Shown: positions 16,510-25,438, counted from the first letter of the stretch. The stretch: DNA of 43,367 nucleotides from Candidatus Limnocylindria bacterium (GCA_041483455.1 JBGPFS010000001.1:1-43367); one strand, 5' to 3'. A program made the numbers and translations. The notes: generated by a model not told the origin, from the sequence alone.

Positions 16510-18741
16510 TCAGGCCCCGCTCGCGGGCTCGCCGGCCCAGATCCGCTCGAGCCAGCCGGCCTCGAGCTCGTGCCGGAGCGGCGCGAGGCCGGGCCCGACG
16601 AGCTCGCCCGCCGGACCGAGCAGCGCCTCCGCGTGCCGCCGGGCCGTGACCGCCAGCTCACGATGCTCGGGCCGCTGGAGCGAGGCGACCCGCAGCCGTG
16701 GGAGGCCGCTCTGGGCAAGGCCCAGGACGTCGCCCTCGCGCCGGAGCAGGAAGTCCTTCTCGGCCAGCTCGAAGCCATCGCGGATGTCGCGCACGGCGGT
16801 GAGCCGGGCGAGCGCCGTCTCGTCGGAGGTGTCGGAGACCAGCACGCAGAACGAGCGCGCCGTCCCGCGGCCGACCCGGCCGCGGAGCTGGTGGAGCTGG
16901 GCGAGTCCGAATCGGTCGGCGCCTTCGATCACCATCAGGGTGGCCTCGGGGACGTCGACCCCCACCTCGACGACCGTCGTCCCGACGAGGACGTCGAGGA
17001 GGCCGTCCCGGAAGCGCCCCATCTCGAAGTCCCGGTCGGCGGCCTTCATCCGGCCATGGACGAGGCCGACCCGGAGGGGCTGGAGGAGCTCGCGCAGGCG
17101 GACGGCCTCGGATTCGGCGGCGACCGCACCCGCCTCGTCCGACTCCTCGATCGCCGGGACCACGACGAACGTCCGGAACCCCGCGTCCGCCTCCTCCCGG
17201 ACGCGCCGCCACGTGCCGTCGAGCTCCGCGGAGGCGCGGATGCCGGTCGCGATCGGGATCCGGCCCTCGGGCGGTGTCCGCAGGTCCGAGACCTCGAGGT
17301 CCGCATAGAGGACCTGGCCGAGGGTCCGCGGGATGGGCGTCGCGGTCATCAGGAGGACGTGCGGCGCCGTCCCGCCCGCCTTCGCCTCGAGCTGGCCGCG
17401 CTGGTCGACCCCGAAGCGGTGCTGCTCGTCGATCACGACCACCGACAGGCTCCGGAACTCCACCCCGGCCTGGATGAGCGCGTGGGTCCCGACGACGACC
17501 CCGGCCTGCCCGGTCGCGATCGCCTGCCGGGCGCCGCGCGTCGCGGCCGCGTTGAGCGACCCGGTCAGCAGCGCGACGGGGATCCCGAGCGGGGCGAGCA
17601 GGTCGCCGATCGTGGCCGCGTGCTGGCGGGCGAGGAGGTCGGTGGGCGCGAGCAGCGCGCCCTGATGACCGTGCCCGGCGGCCACGGCCAGCGCATAGGC
17701 CGCCACCGCGGTCTTGCCGGAGCCGACGTCGCCCTGGAGGAGACGGAGCATCGGCTCGCCGCCGGCGAGGTCGGCCCGGATCGCTCCGATCGCCTTCGCC
17801 TGGTCGACGGTGAGCTCGACCGGCCGGCCGAGCTTCAGGCTCAGGGTCTCGGCCAGGGCCAGCCGGATCGCGGCGTCACGCCCGGCGTCGATCGCGAGAG
17901 CCCGGGCCTCCGTCCGCCCGCGCTGCCGGCGTCGGCCGACCATGCCGAGCTGGAGCGCCAGCAGCTCGTCGAACGCGAGCCGTCGCAGCGCCGCCTCGAG
18001 CGTCTCCGGGGTGTCCGGGAAGTGGACCTGCTCGACCGCGCGGCCGATCGGCTCCAGTCGCTCGCCCGTCCGCAGATCGGCCGGCAGGTATTCCGGGTAG
18101 GCGAGACCGGCCTGGTCGATGGCTGCCCGGATCGAGGCCCGGAGGCGCTGGGTGGTGAGGCCGGCCGTGAGGCGATAGACGGGCACGATCCGGCCCGCGT
18201 GGAGCGGGTCGGCGCCGGACTCGTCCTCCCGCGAGAACTCGGGGTCGTCGAACACCGGCAGGTAGCCGCGCAGCTTCACCCGGCCGCTGACGATCAGGCG
18301 GTCGCCCTCCCGGAAGCGGCGCTCGATGAAGCGTCGCCCGAACCAGACGGCCTCCGCCTCGCCGGTCTCGTCGGCCAGGCTGGCGATCGTCCGCTGGACG
18401 CGCCGGCGCCAGGTCTGCTCGACCCGCAGCCCGACGACGCGCACCCGGGCGCTTGCCGACGCCCCGTCGGACAGCTGGCGCAGCCCGGCAAGGGTCAGGA
18501 TCGCCCGCCGATCCTCGTAGCGACTCGGCAGGTGGAACAGGATGTCGCGGACGGTCCGCAGGTCGAGCCGGAGCCCGGCCCGTCGGAGGGTCGCGGCACC
18601 CGGGAGGCGGCTCGAGCCGAGCGGCGTCGCGAGCAGCGTCTCGGGGTCGGGCGGCGGCGGGGGTTCGGGCCGTGCCGGCGCGCGACGGACCGGCTTCGGG
18701 CCCGATCCCGGCGCGCGACGGACGGGCTTCGGGGCTGGCAC
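16510..18741 (-). CDS. recG: ATP-dependent DNA helicase RecG
   Basis: Wedge/OB region followed by helicase motifs LLQGDVGSGKTAVA, VVIDEQHRFGV, LLMTATPIPRTL, VEVGVDVPEATLMVIEGADRFGLAQLHQLRGRVGRG. Start placed at GTG 18741, 4 nt after the DAK2-gene stop. Upstream track codons overlap that gene. Confidence 0.9.
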   Translation of the reverse strand: MPAPKPVRRAPGSGPKPVRRAPARPEPPPPPDPETLLATPLGSSRLPGAATLRRAGLRLDLRTVRDILFHLPSRYEDRRAILTLAGLRQLSDGASASARVRVVGLRVEQTWRRRVQRTIASLADETGEAEAVWFGRRFIERRFREGDRLIVSGRVKLRGYLPVFDDPEFSREDESGADPLHAGRIVPVYRLTAGLTTQRLRASIRAAIDQAGLAYPEYLPADLRTGERLEPIGRAVEQVHFPDTPETLEAALRRLAFDELLALQLGMVGRRRQRGRTEARALAIDAGRDAAIRLALAETLSLKLGRPVELTVDQAKAIGAIRADLAGGEPMLRLLQGDVGSGKTAVAAYALAVAAGHGHQGALLAPTDLLARQHAATIGDLLAPLGIPVALLTGSLNAAATRGARQAIATGQAGVVVGTHALIQAGVEFRSLSVVVIDEQHRFGVDQRGQLEAKAGGTAPHVLLMTATPIPRTLGQVLYADLEVSDLRTPPEGRIPIATGIRASAELDGTWRRVREEADAGFRTFVVVPAIEESDEAGAVAAESEAVRLRELLQPLRVGLVHGRMKAADRDFEMGRFRDGLLDVLVGTTVVEVGVDVPEATLMVIEGADRFGLAQLHQLRGRVGRGTARSFCVLVSDTSDETALARLTAVRDIRDGFELAEKDFLLRREGDVLGLAQSGLPRLRVASLQRPEHRELAVTARRHAEALLGPAGELVGPGLAPLRHELEAGWLERIWAGEPASGA
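18675..18734 (-). repeat. In-frame 33-bp tandem duplication in the recG 5' end
   Basis: ccggcgcgcgacggaccggcttcggg (18675-18700) is repeated at 18708-18734 with two changes. It encodes PKPVRRAPGSG/PKPVRRAPARP. Confidence 0.7.
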
Positions 18742-18745
18742 GGGC

Positions 18746-20521
18746 CTACTCGGCCGCGATGAGGTACCGGTAGTGGGGCTGCCCGCCGTGGCGGACCTCG
18801 ACCTCGACGCCCTCGCGGGCCGCCCCGATCCGGCGCGCGACGTGCTCTGCCTCGGCGAGGTCGGCACCGTCGCCGTAGAAGAGGCTGATCAGCTCGATCC
18901 CCGGGCGGAGCTTCTCCACCGCGCTGAGGATCGCCCGCTCGGCGTCGCTGTCCGCCGCCACCAGTCCGTCGTCCGGGTCGAGGACGATCGTCTGGCCCTT
19001 CTTCACCTTGCGCCCGCTCACCTTGGCGTCCCGGATGGCCTCGGTCACCTGGAGCGTCTCGATCGCCCGGCCGGCCGCGGTCATCTCGTCGACGTTGGCG
19101 AGGCCGCCGAGCGTCGGATCGAGGGCCAGCAGCGCAGCGAACCCCTCCGCCGCGTTCCGGGTCGGGACCACGTGGACCCGATGCTTCGCCATCGTCGCGA
19201 CCTGCCGGGCGGCGAGCACGACGTTCGGGTTGTTCGGGAGCAGCAGGATCTCGTCGGCGTCGAGGGCGTCGATCGCCGCCAGGAGCTCCCCGGTACTCGG
19301 GTTCGCGGACTGCCCTCCGCGCACGACCGACGCCACCCCGAAGTCCCGGAAGATCGCGCCCAGGCCGTCGCCCGCCGCCACCGCCACGACCGCCAGCGGG
19401 GTCCGCGGCCCGGCCACCGGCCGATGGCCGTTCGCGCCCCCCGCGGGGGCCACCGGAGCTCCAGAAGCGGCGGCGGCTTCGGAGGCGGCCGCGGCTCCCG
19501 GACCGGCAGCGGCTCCGGGACCGGCAGCGGCCGGAGCCGTGAACTCGCTGGCCCGGGACTCCCGCACGTCGCGCGCCTGGTGGTCGAGGTTCTCCACGCT
19601 GATCCGGCTCAGCGCGCCGAGCGTCAGTCCGAACTCGATCACCTCGTCCGGTCGCTCGTTGTGGACGTGCACCTTGACCGCCTTCGGGTCGCCGACGACG
19701 ACGACCGATTCGCCGATCTTCTCGAGCCGACTCCTCACGCCGTCGACGTCGAGGGCGCCGCCAGGCCGGGGCTGCAGCAGGAACATCGTCTCGTAGCCGA
19801 ACCCCTCATCGGCATGGGCGACCAGCGTGGAGGGCCGGGCCGGCTGACCGGCCGCCGCGCCCGCGGCAGCGCCGACCGGCGCGCCGGTCGCGGACGCTGA
19901 GGCGCCTTCCACGGCGTGCCGGAGCGCCCCCTCCAAGAGCCGGAAGAGGCCCTGCCCGCCGGAGTCCACGACCCCCGCCTCGCGCAGGATGGGCAGCAGA
20001 GAAGGCGTCTTCGCGACGGCCTTCTCGGCGGCATCCACGACCGCGATCATCACGGTCTCGAGATCCGGATCGACCTCCGCGGCGACCTTCGCCGCCGCTG
20101 CCGACTCCCGGATGACGGTCAGGATCGTGCCCTCGACCGGCCGCCCGACCGCCGCGTACGCAAGCTCGGAGCCACGGGTCAAGGCGTGGGCCAGGTCGAG
20201 CCCGTTGAACCGGCGCTTGCCCTCGAGCCCCTCGGCGATGCCCCGGCAGATCTGGCTGGTGATGACCCCGGAGTTCCCGCGGGCCCCCATCAGGGCGCCG
20301 AAGCTGATCGCCGTGGCGACCCGGTCGGCGCGCGCATCGGCGACGGATTCGGCCTCCGCGAGAGCCACCTGCATCGTGGCCAGCATGTTCGAGCCGGTGT
20401 CGCCGTCCGGGACCGGGAAGACGTTGAGGCTGTTGATCTCGTCGACGCTGGCCTCGAGGTTGGCGACGGCCGCGCGGAATGCCCGGATGAGGGCCGGACC
20501 GTCGCAACTCCGACGGGTCAT
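18746..20521 (-). CDS. DAK2 domain fusion protein YloV family
   Basis: N-terminal DAK2 domain (LNVFPVPDGDTGSNM...LMGARGNSGVI) and C-terminal DegV-like/YloV domain, joined by an Ala/Gly/Pro linker. Conserved asp23-yloV-recG order. Confidence 0.9.
   Translation of the reverse strand: MTRRSCDGPALIRAFRAAVANLEASVDEINSLNVFPVPDGDTGSNMLATMQVALAEAESVADARADRVATAISFGALMGARGNSGVITSQICRGIAEGLEGKRRFNGLDLAHALTRGSELAYAAVGRPVEGTILTVIRESAAAAKVAAEVDPDLETVMIAVVDAAEKAVAKTPSLLPILREAGVVDSGGQGLFRLLEGALRHAVEGASASATGAPVGAAAGAAAGQPARPSTLVAHADEGFGYETMFLLQPRPGGALDVDGVRSRLEKIGESVVVVGDPKAVKVHVHNERPDEVIEFGLTLGALSRISVENLDHQARDVRESRASEFTAPAAAGPGAAAGPGAAAASEAAAASGAPVAPAGGANGHRPVAGPRTPLAVVAVAAGDGLGAIFRDFGVASVVRGGQSANPSTGELLAAIDALDADEILLLPNNPNVVLAARQVATMAKHRVHVVPTRNAAEGFAALLALDPTLGGLANVDEMTAAGRAIETLQVTEAIRDAKVSGRKVKKGQTIVLDPDDGLVAADSDAERAILSAVEKLRPGIELISLFYGDGADLAEAEHVARRIGAAREGVEVEVRHGGQPHYRYLIAAE
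19491..19526 (-). repeat. 18-bp in-frame tandem repeat in the DAK2 linker
   Basis: gcggctcccggaccggca / gcggctccgggaccggca encodes the repeated AAGPGA. Confidence 0.6.
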
Positions 20522-20979
20522 CGGCCCGTCGGTTCCGGGTCCGGGACGTCCGGGTCGGGCCCCGGCCCCTCGCTCACGGCCGCATCGGCGGGGGCCGGGC
20601 TCTCCGCCACCGGCGCCGGCGGGAACGAGGCGGGCTCGAAGCGCAGGCCGCCGACGTGGATCGCCAGCCGGTCGACATCGCGCTCGAGGGCGCGACCGAC
20701 GGCGTACCGGACGGCCGAGTCGACCTGGCGGGCGACCTCGGCGACGGGCAGACCCTGGGCGACGGTGATCCGCAGGTCGATCGAGACCCCGCCCTGGAGG
20801 CTGACCCTGATGCCGGGCTCGACCAGCCGGAGCGTCCGCAGCGCGCTCTTCACCAATCCGTCGTCGGTGAAGCCGGTCACGCCGTAGCTCCCCGAGACCG
20901 CCCGGCGGACGAGCTCCACGACCGCGCGCCGGGTGACGAGCGATCGACCGGGGATGGGCAGCTCAGGCTTGGGATCCAC
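20518..20979 (-). CDS. Asp23/Gls24 family envelope stress response protein
   Basis: VDPKPELPIPGRSLVTRRAVVELVRRAVSGSYGVTGF...DLRITVAQGLPVAEVARQVDSAVRYAVGRALERDVDRLAIHVGGL. GTG 20979 is preceded by GGAGGAG. ATGA overlap with the DAK2 gene. Confidence 0.88.
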   Translation of the reverse strand: MDPKPELPIPGRSLVTRRAVVELVRRAVSGSYGVTGFTDDGLVKSALRTLRLVEPGIRVSLQGGVSIDLRITVAQGLPVAEVARQVDSAVRYAVGRALERDVDRLAIHVGGLRFEPASFPPAPVAESPAPADAAVSEGPGPDPDVPDPEPTGR

Positions 20980-21033
20980 GCCTCTCCTCCTCGACCCGGG
21001 CCGGCGTTCGCGCCGGAGACCCGCGAGTCGATG

Positions 21034-21043
21034 TGGTATCGTA
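21034..21043. promoter_or_regulatory. Symmetric -10 box shared by divergent rpmB (+, TGgTATCGT) and asp23 operon (-, TACGAT) promoters
   Basis: Plus strand reads TGgTATCGTA. Positions 21037-21042 give TATCGT, and the reverse complement of 21038-21043 gives TACGAT. It is the only AT-rich element in the 126-bp divergent spacer. Confidence 0.4.
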
Positions 21044-21105
21044 CCGCCTCGTCCGGGCCGGCTGCGCCCGCTCATCCTTCGATCATCAGGAGCGACCCGA
21101 GCATC

Positions 21106-21306
21106 ATGGCCCGAGCCTGCGCGATCTGCGGCAAGGAATCGATGGGCGGCTTCAACGCCCAGTCGTCCGGGATGAACCGCGTCCGCGCCCACCGGCGCTA
21201 CCAGCCCAACCTCCAGTCGCTCGTCGTCAGCAGCGACACCGGCGAGGCTCGCAAGCGGCTCGTCTGCACCCGCTGCCGGCGGACGATCGCCAAGGGCGCC
21301 GACTAG
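21106..21306 (+). CDS. rpmB: 50S ribosomal protein L28
   Basis: MARACAICGKESMGGFNAQSSGMNRVRAHRRYQPNLQSLVV... (66 aa) is the L28 pattern. It is the last part of track ORF 20656..21306. Confidence 0.92.
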   Translation: MARACAICGKESMGGFNAQSSGMNRVRAHRRYQPNLQSLVVSSDTGEARKRLVCTRCRRTIAKGAD

Positions 21307-21361
21307 GCCCGCTCAGCCCTCCGGCGGACCCGCCGACCGGTTCGCCCCGCCGCCCCCAGGA

Positions 21362-21388
21362 CCCCCGACGTCGACCGACGCTCGGGGG
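21362..21388. terminator. GC-rich hairpin between convergent rpmB and dtd (possible bidirectional terminator, no U-tract)
   Basis: CCCCCGACGTCG-acc-GACG(c)TCGGGGG forms 7+4 bp with one bulge. Confidence 0.3.
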
Positions 21389-21408
21389 TCGATCGCGTCC
21401 CGGCCAGC

Positions 21409-21855
21409 CTATCGATCCTCCGTGTCGAGCCAGAGCGTGAACGGTCCGTCGTTGACCAGCTCGACCGACATCTCGGCCCCGAAGCGGCCCCGCTCCACCC
21501 GCGGCCCGAGCGCTCCGAGCTCGCTGGCGAATCGCTCGTAGAGCGCCTCGGCCAGGCTCGGCTCGGCCGCCCCGCTGAAGCCCGGTCGACGACCCCGCCG
21601 GGCATCGGCGAACAGGGTGAACTGGCTGACCACGAGCGCCTCGCCGCCGGCTTCGATCAACGACCGGTTCGTACGGCCCGCCTCATCGGGGAAGATCCGC
21701 AGCTCAACGACCTTCCGGGCCAGGCCCACCGCAGTCGCGACCTCGTCGGTCGGGGCCACGCCGAGGAAGATGAGCAGGCCGTGCCCGATCCGTCCCACGG
21801 CGTCCGGGCCGACGCGAACCTCCGCCCGCGAGACCCGCTGGAGGAGCGCGCGCAT
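21409..21855 (-). CDS. dtd: D-aminoacyl-tRNA deacylase
   Basis: MRALLQRVSRAEVRV....IGHGLLIFLGV...LVVSQFTL.ADARRGRRPGF...FGAEMSVELVNDGPFTLWLD is canonical Dtd. Confidence 0.95.
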   Translation of the reverse strand: MRALLQRVSRAEVRVGPDAVGRIGHGLLIFLGVAPTDEVATAVGLARKVVELRIFPDEAGRTNRSLIEAGGEALVVSQFTLFADARRGRRPGFSGAAEPSLAEALYERFASELGALGPRVERGRFGAEMSVELVNDGPFTLWLDTEDR

Positions 21856-21879
21856 CCCGGTCCCGGCCCCGACCCGGTC

Positions 21880-23094
21880 CTAGCGACTGAGCAGGCCGGC
21901 GGCCGCCCGCCAGAGCCCGCCCAGGATCGCCGCCCAGGGCAGCAGGTAGAGCGGCGTGGTCGCTCCGCCGAGGACGCCCGTCCGCACGAGCAGGATCGCC
22001 GCGCCGGCGCCCACGGCCGTCACCAGGAGGCCCTGGCCCACGGTCGACCAGCGGATCGTCCGCCCGAGCCGACGGACCGCGTCGGCGTCGCCCGCCTCGG
22101 ACGCCTCCACGATCGCCTCGAGCTCCTCGTCGGCGGCTCGTGCCAGGAACCGCCGGAATCGACCGGGGGCGTGGATGACGACCCAGTACGCCGCGGACGC
22201 GTAGACGATCCCGCCGACGACGTCGACCACGTAATGGTCCGCCAGGTAGACGACCGCGAACCAGACGACGGCGCTGTAGCCGAGCATCAGCCAGCCGACC
22301 CGTCCGAACGCCCGCCGCGCGAACAGGAAGGCCAGGAACGGGAACCCGGCGTGGAGCGACGGGAAGGCGGCCACCGGGTTCGGGTTGATCTCGTAGAACG
22401 CGTAGCTGAAGAGGTAGCGGCCCTCGAAGCCGAGGAAGCGGGCGAGGTCGTCGAAGCCCTGGACCTTGAGGTAGGCGATCGTCGGCAGGCCGTCGGGGCC
22501 GGTCAGGAAGCCATGCTGAGCCGCCCACCACGGGGGCGCGACCGGCAGGACCAGGAAGGTCGCGAAGCCGGCCATGCACAGGACGATCATCGCGGCGACG
22601 TAGTCGTAGTAGGCCCGTCGACGCCGGAGCCAGAGGAAGAACGCGACGGCGAGCGGGAGCGGGAAGTGCAGGAAGTAGACGATCGTGCCCAGGATCGCCA
22701 GGGGGTCGGACCCGCTGGCGGGGTGGAGGGCCGACTGCAGGATCTCGGTCGGGATCCGACCGCCGAACAGGGTTCTCTCCAGGCTCAGGATGTCGGCGAC
22801 ATGGACGCTCGCCCCGAAGTCGTCGGCGTAGCCCCGCATGAGCTCGTAGGCGAAGAAGAGGCCGATGAACGGGATCCAATCCCGGAAGAAGAGCCGGCCG
22901 CGTCCCAGCAGCACCGCCACCAGGCCGAGGGCGACGAGGAGGACGTCCGGGGTGATCGAGACGCCCCGAACGAGCATCAGCGTCGAGAGAAGGACGATGT
23001 AGGCGCCGACCGCCGCCAGGAGGACCCGGTCATTCCGCCGGCCGAGGCCACGGCCGTCCGCCTTCTCGACGACCGGGACAGCGTCCTCCGTCAC
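21880..23094 (-). CDS. PAP2-superfamily integral membrane protein (inositolphosphorylceramide-synthase-like PAP2_3 type)
   Basis: 404 aa and multi-TM, with phosphatase motifs AAFPSLHAGFPF and ADHYVVDVVGG. The GTG start overlaps the rpe stop (GTGA). Confidence 0.8.
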   Translation of the reverse strand: MTEDAVPVVEKADGRGLGRRNDRVLLAAVGAYIVLLSTLMLVRGVSITPDVLLVALGLVAVLLGRGRLFFRDWIPFIGLFFAYELMRGYADDFGASVHVADILSLERTLFGGRIPTEILQSALHPASGSDPLAILGTIVYFLHFPLPLAVAFFLWLRRRRAYYDYVAAMIVLCMAGFATFLVLPVAPPWWAAQHGFLTGPDGLPTIAYLKVQGFDDLARFLGFEGRYLFSYAFYEINPNPVAAFPSLHAGFPFLAFLFARRAFGRVGWLMLGYSAVVWFAVVYLADHYVVDVVGGIVYASAAYWVVIHAPGRFRRFLARAADEELEAIVEASEAGDADAVRRLGRTIRWSTVGQGLLVTAVGAGAAILLVRTGVLGGATTPLYLLPWAAILGGLWRAAAGLLSR

Positions 23095-24233
23095 CGGCTG
23101 CGGCGCCCGGGGGGCGTCCGCCCGCCCGGAGTCGTCCGGCCGCTCGTCGGCCGCAGGTCGGGCGAGCGATCGTCCGGCTCGCCCGGTTCGCCCGGCGCGC
23201 TCGGTTCGCCGGTGTACGGATCGCGCCGGCCGCCGGACGCGTCGAGCCGGGTCGCCAGGGCTCGGGCCTCGGGCGGGAACGTCGCCCGCCAGGCGTCGGC
23301 CTCGGCCGCCGCTTCCGCCAGGAGCGCCGCGTAGCGCTCCGCGGTCAGCGCCTCGACGGTCCGGGGAACGAGCAGGTCGTAGTCGCGGATGCCGTCGGGG
23401 TTGTGCCGTCCACCGGACCTGAGCATGACCACGGGGATCCCGGCCAGCTCGATCTCCGTCCGGATCCGCGTCCCGATGTGCTTCGGCAGGCTGGCCACGC
23501 TCCGGAACTCGTCGCGCGGGATCGGCGGCTTCCCGTCGTTGAGCTGGAAGGCGTAGCCCTCGTCCGCGAGGACCTTGACCAGCCGGATCTCGCGACCCAT
23601 GTCGTGGCCGGGTGCGAAGAGTGCCGATCCGACGACGAGGACGTCGACCCCCAGCCCACCGACGTACTCGGCGGTCTCGCGGTTGATCCCGCCGTCGACA
23701 TGGATCTCGCCGCCGAGCACCTTGTGAGCGAGGTATCCGCGCGCCGGCAGGATCTTGGCGGCCGCTTCCTTCATGAATGACTGGCCGCCGAATCCGGGCA
23801 CGACCGTCATGATCAGGATGATGTCCAGGAGCGACCGGTAGGGCTCGAGCGCCTCGAGCGGCGTCGCCGGGTTGACGGCCAGGCCGGCCGCCCGCCCGGC
23901 CTTCCGGATCGCCCGCAGGGTGGGCTCGATCGGCTCCTCGATCTCGACGTGGATGGTGATCGAATCGCAGCCGGCGGCCAGGAACCGATCCACGTAGCGG
24001 CTCGGCTCGCTGATCATCAGGTGGGCGTCGAAGGGCATCTCGGTCCGCGGCCGGAGCGACTTCACGACCGCCGGTCCGAAGCTGATGTTCGGCACGAAAT
24101 GGCCGTCCATGACGTCGAGGTGGACCCGGTCGGCCCCGGCCTTCTGGAGCCGGCGCACGACGTGGGCGAGGTTCGAGAGGTCGGAGTCCAGGATGCTGGC
24201 CGCCAGGCGGGCCCGACCGGTCCCCACCGTCAC
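23091..24233 (-). CDS. rpe: Ribulose-phosphate 3-epimerase with a roughly 150-aa uncharacterised C-terminal extension
   Basis: LAASILDSDLSNLA...ADRVHLDVMDGHFVPNISFG...DAHLMISEP...MTVVPGFGGQSF...IHVDGGIN...VVGSALF is the full Rpe barrel (about 225 aa). The frame then continues for about 155 codons with no stop. Start is GTG 24233 (GTGA overlap with rlmN) or GTG 24227 (GGGGAG SD). The upstream 362 codons of the track ORF overlap rlmN out of frame and are not coding. Confidence 0.9.
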   Translation of the reverse strand: MTVGTGRARLAASILDSDLSNLAHVVRRLQKAGADRVHLDVMDGHFVPNISFGPAVVKSLRPRTEMPFDAHLMISEPSRYVDRFLAAGCDSITIHVEIEEPIEPTLRAIRKAGRAAGLAVNPATPLEALEPYRSLLDIILIMTVVPGFGGQSFMKEAAAKILPARGYLAHKVLGGEIHVDGGINRETAEYVGGLGVDVLVVGSALFAPGHDMGREIRLVKVLADEGYAFQLNDGKPPIPRDEFRSVASLPKHIGTRIRTEIELAGIPVVMLRSGGRHNPDGIRDYDLLVPRTVEALTAERYAALLAEAAAEADAWRATFPPEARALATRLDASGGRRDPYTGEPSAPGEPGEPDDRSPDLRPTSGRTTPGGRTPPGRRSR

Positions 24234-25438
24234 TCCCCCGCCCCGCTGAGGGCGAGTTCGCGCTCGAGCGGCTCCGGGAGCCGGGCCGGGCCGCGCTCGC
24301 CGAGCAGCGCCGCCGCGCTCTCGCGGACGAGGAGCTCGCGCCGGCGGGCGACGGCCGGCTCGGGGATCCCCCCCGCCCGCTCCGCGGCGAGCTGGCCGCA
24401 GGCCGCGCCGATCTCGGTCCCGCGGTTGCGCCGGATCGTGACCGGGATGCCAGCCGCCCCCAGTCGGGTCGCGATCGCCTCGAGGCGCTCGATCGGGCTG
24501 GCCCGCCACGGGGTATGCGCCACCGGGTTCATCGGGATGAGGTTGACGTGGCAGAGATCGCCGCGCAGGAGCTCGGCGAGCGCGTCGCTGTCGGTGTCGG
24601 TGTCGTTGACGCCGTCGATCATCGTCATCTCGTAGCTGATCCGGCGGCCGGTCGCCCGCGCGTGATCCCGGGCCGCGGCCACCACCTCCGCCACGGGCCA
24701 GCGACGGTTCAACGGGACGAGGACGTCGCGCAGCGGATCGCGCGCCGCATGGAGCGAGACGGCCAGGGTGAACTGCGGTCCGAGGGCGGTGAGGCGGCGG
24801 ATCCCGGGCACGACCCCGCTGGTCGAGACCGTGACGTGCCGGGCGCCCAGGCCGAACCGGCCAGGATCGGACAGGGTCGTCACGGCTTCGAGGACCCGGT
24901 CGAGGTTGAGGAGCGGCTCGCCCATCCCCATGAACACGACGTTCGTCAGGCGGCGCCCCCCAGCGGCGAGCGAGCGGGCGGCCCAGCGGACCTGGTCGAC
25001 GATCTCGGCGGTCGAGAGATCGCGCCCGAAGCCGAGCTCGCCCGTGGCGCAGAAGGGGCAGCCGACCGCGCAGCCGACCTGGCTCGAGATGCAGACGGTG
25101 TGCCGCTCGCGGCTTCCGCGCCCGCCCGGGTAATGCATCAGGACCGACTCGACGAGGCTCCCGTCGCCGAGCCGGTGGAGCGCCTTCTCCGTCAGGCCGC
25201 GATCGGCCAGGGTGATCTCGGTCGCCTCGATCGTGTCGAGCCGGAAGGCGGCGTCGACCTCGGCCCGTAGCGCCGCGGGCAAGGTCCGGATCTCGCTGGC
25301 GTCGCGCACGCCGCCGGGCCACAGGGCATCGGCGAGCTGACGGGCGCGGAAGGCCGGCTCGCCCCGCTCCGCGAACCAGGCGACGAGCGTGGGGATCTCA
25401 AGGCCGGAGAGGCCGGGACGGACGGAGGGGATGGGCAC
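24230..25438 (-). CDS. rlmN: 23S rRNA/tRNA (adenine-C2)-methyltransferase RlmN (radical SAM)
   Basis: LVAWFAERGEPAFRARQLADALW...CISSQVGCAVGCPFCATG (CxxxCxxC)...MGMGEPLLN...SLHAARD...EMTMIDGVNDT...NLIPMNP...GAACGQL. The start is uncertain: GTG 25438 (7 nt after a GATAAT box), or GTG 25468/25474. Confidence 0.9.
   Translation of the reverse strand: MPIPSVRPGLSGLEIPTLVAWFAERGEPAFRARQLADALWPGGVRDASEIRTLPAALRAEVDAAFRLDTIEATEITLADRGLTEKALHRLGDGSLVESVLMHYPGGRGSRERHTVCISSQVGCAVGCPFCATGELGFGRDLSTAEIVDQVRWAARSLAAGGRRLTNVVFMGMGEPLLNLDRVLEAVTTLSDPGRFGLGARHVTVSTSGVVPGIRRLTALGPQFTLAVSLHAARDPLRDVLVPLNRRWPVAEVVAAARDHARATGRRISYEMTMIDGVNDTDTDSDALAELLRGDLCHVNLIPMNPVAHTPWRASPIERLEAIATRLGAAGIPVTIRRNRGTEIGAACGQLAAERAGGIPEPAVARRRELLVRESAAALLGERGPARLPEPLERELALSGAGE

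Noticed and set aside
23091-25322. Apparent giant fusion ORFs: 23091..25322, 27084..30572, 38951..41014, 4696..6240, 15921..16778 and 306..1073.
   Set aside because: Only the 3' portions encode conserved proteins. The 5' portions are open frames that run through the upstream neighbour in another frame, and internal starts with SDs or start/stop overlaps fit the conserved N-termini. The rpe C-terminal extension is different: it lies downstream of the domain in a gene-free stretch, so it is reported as a finding.
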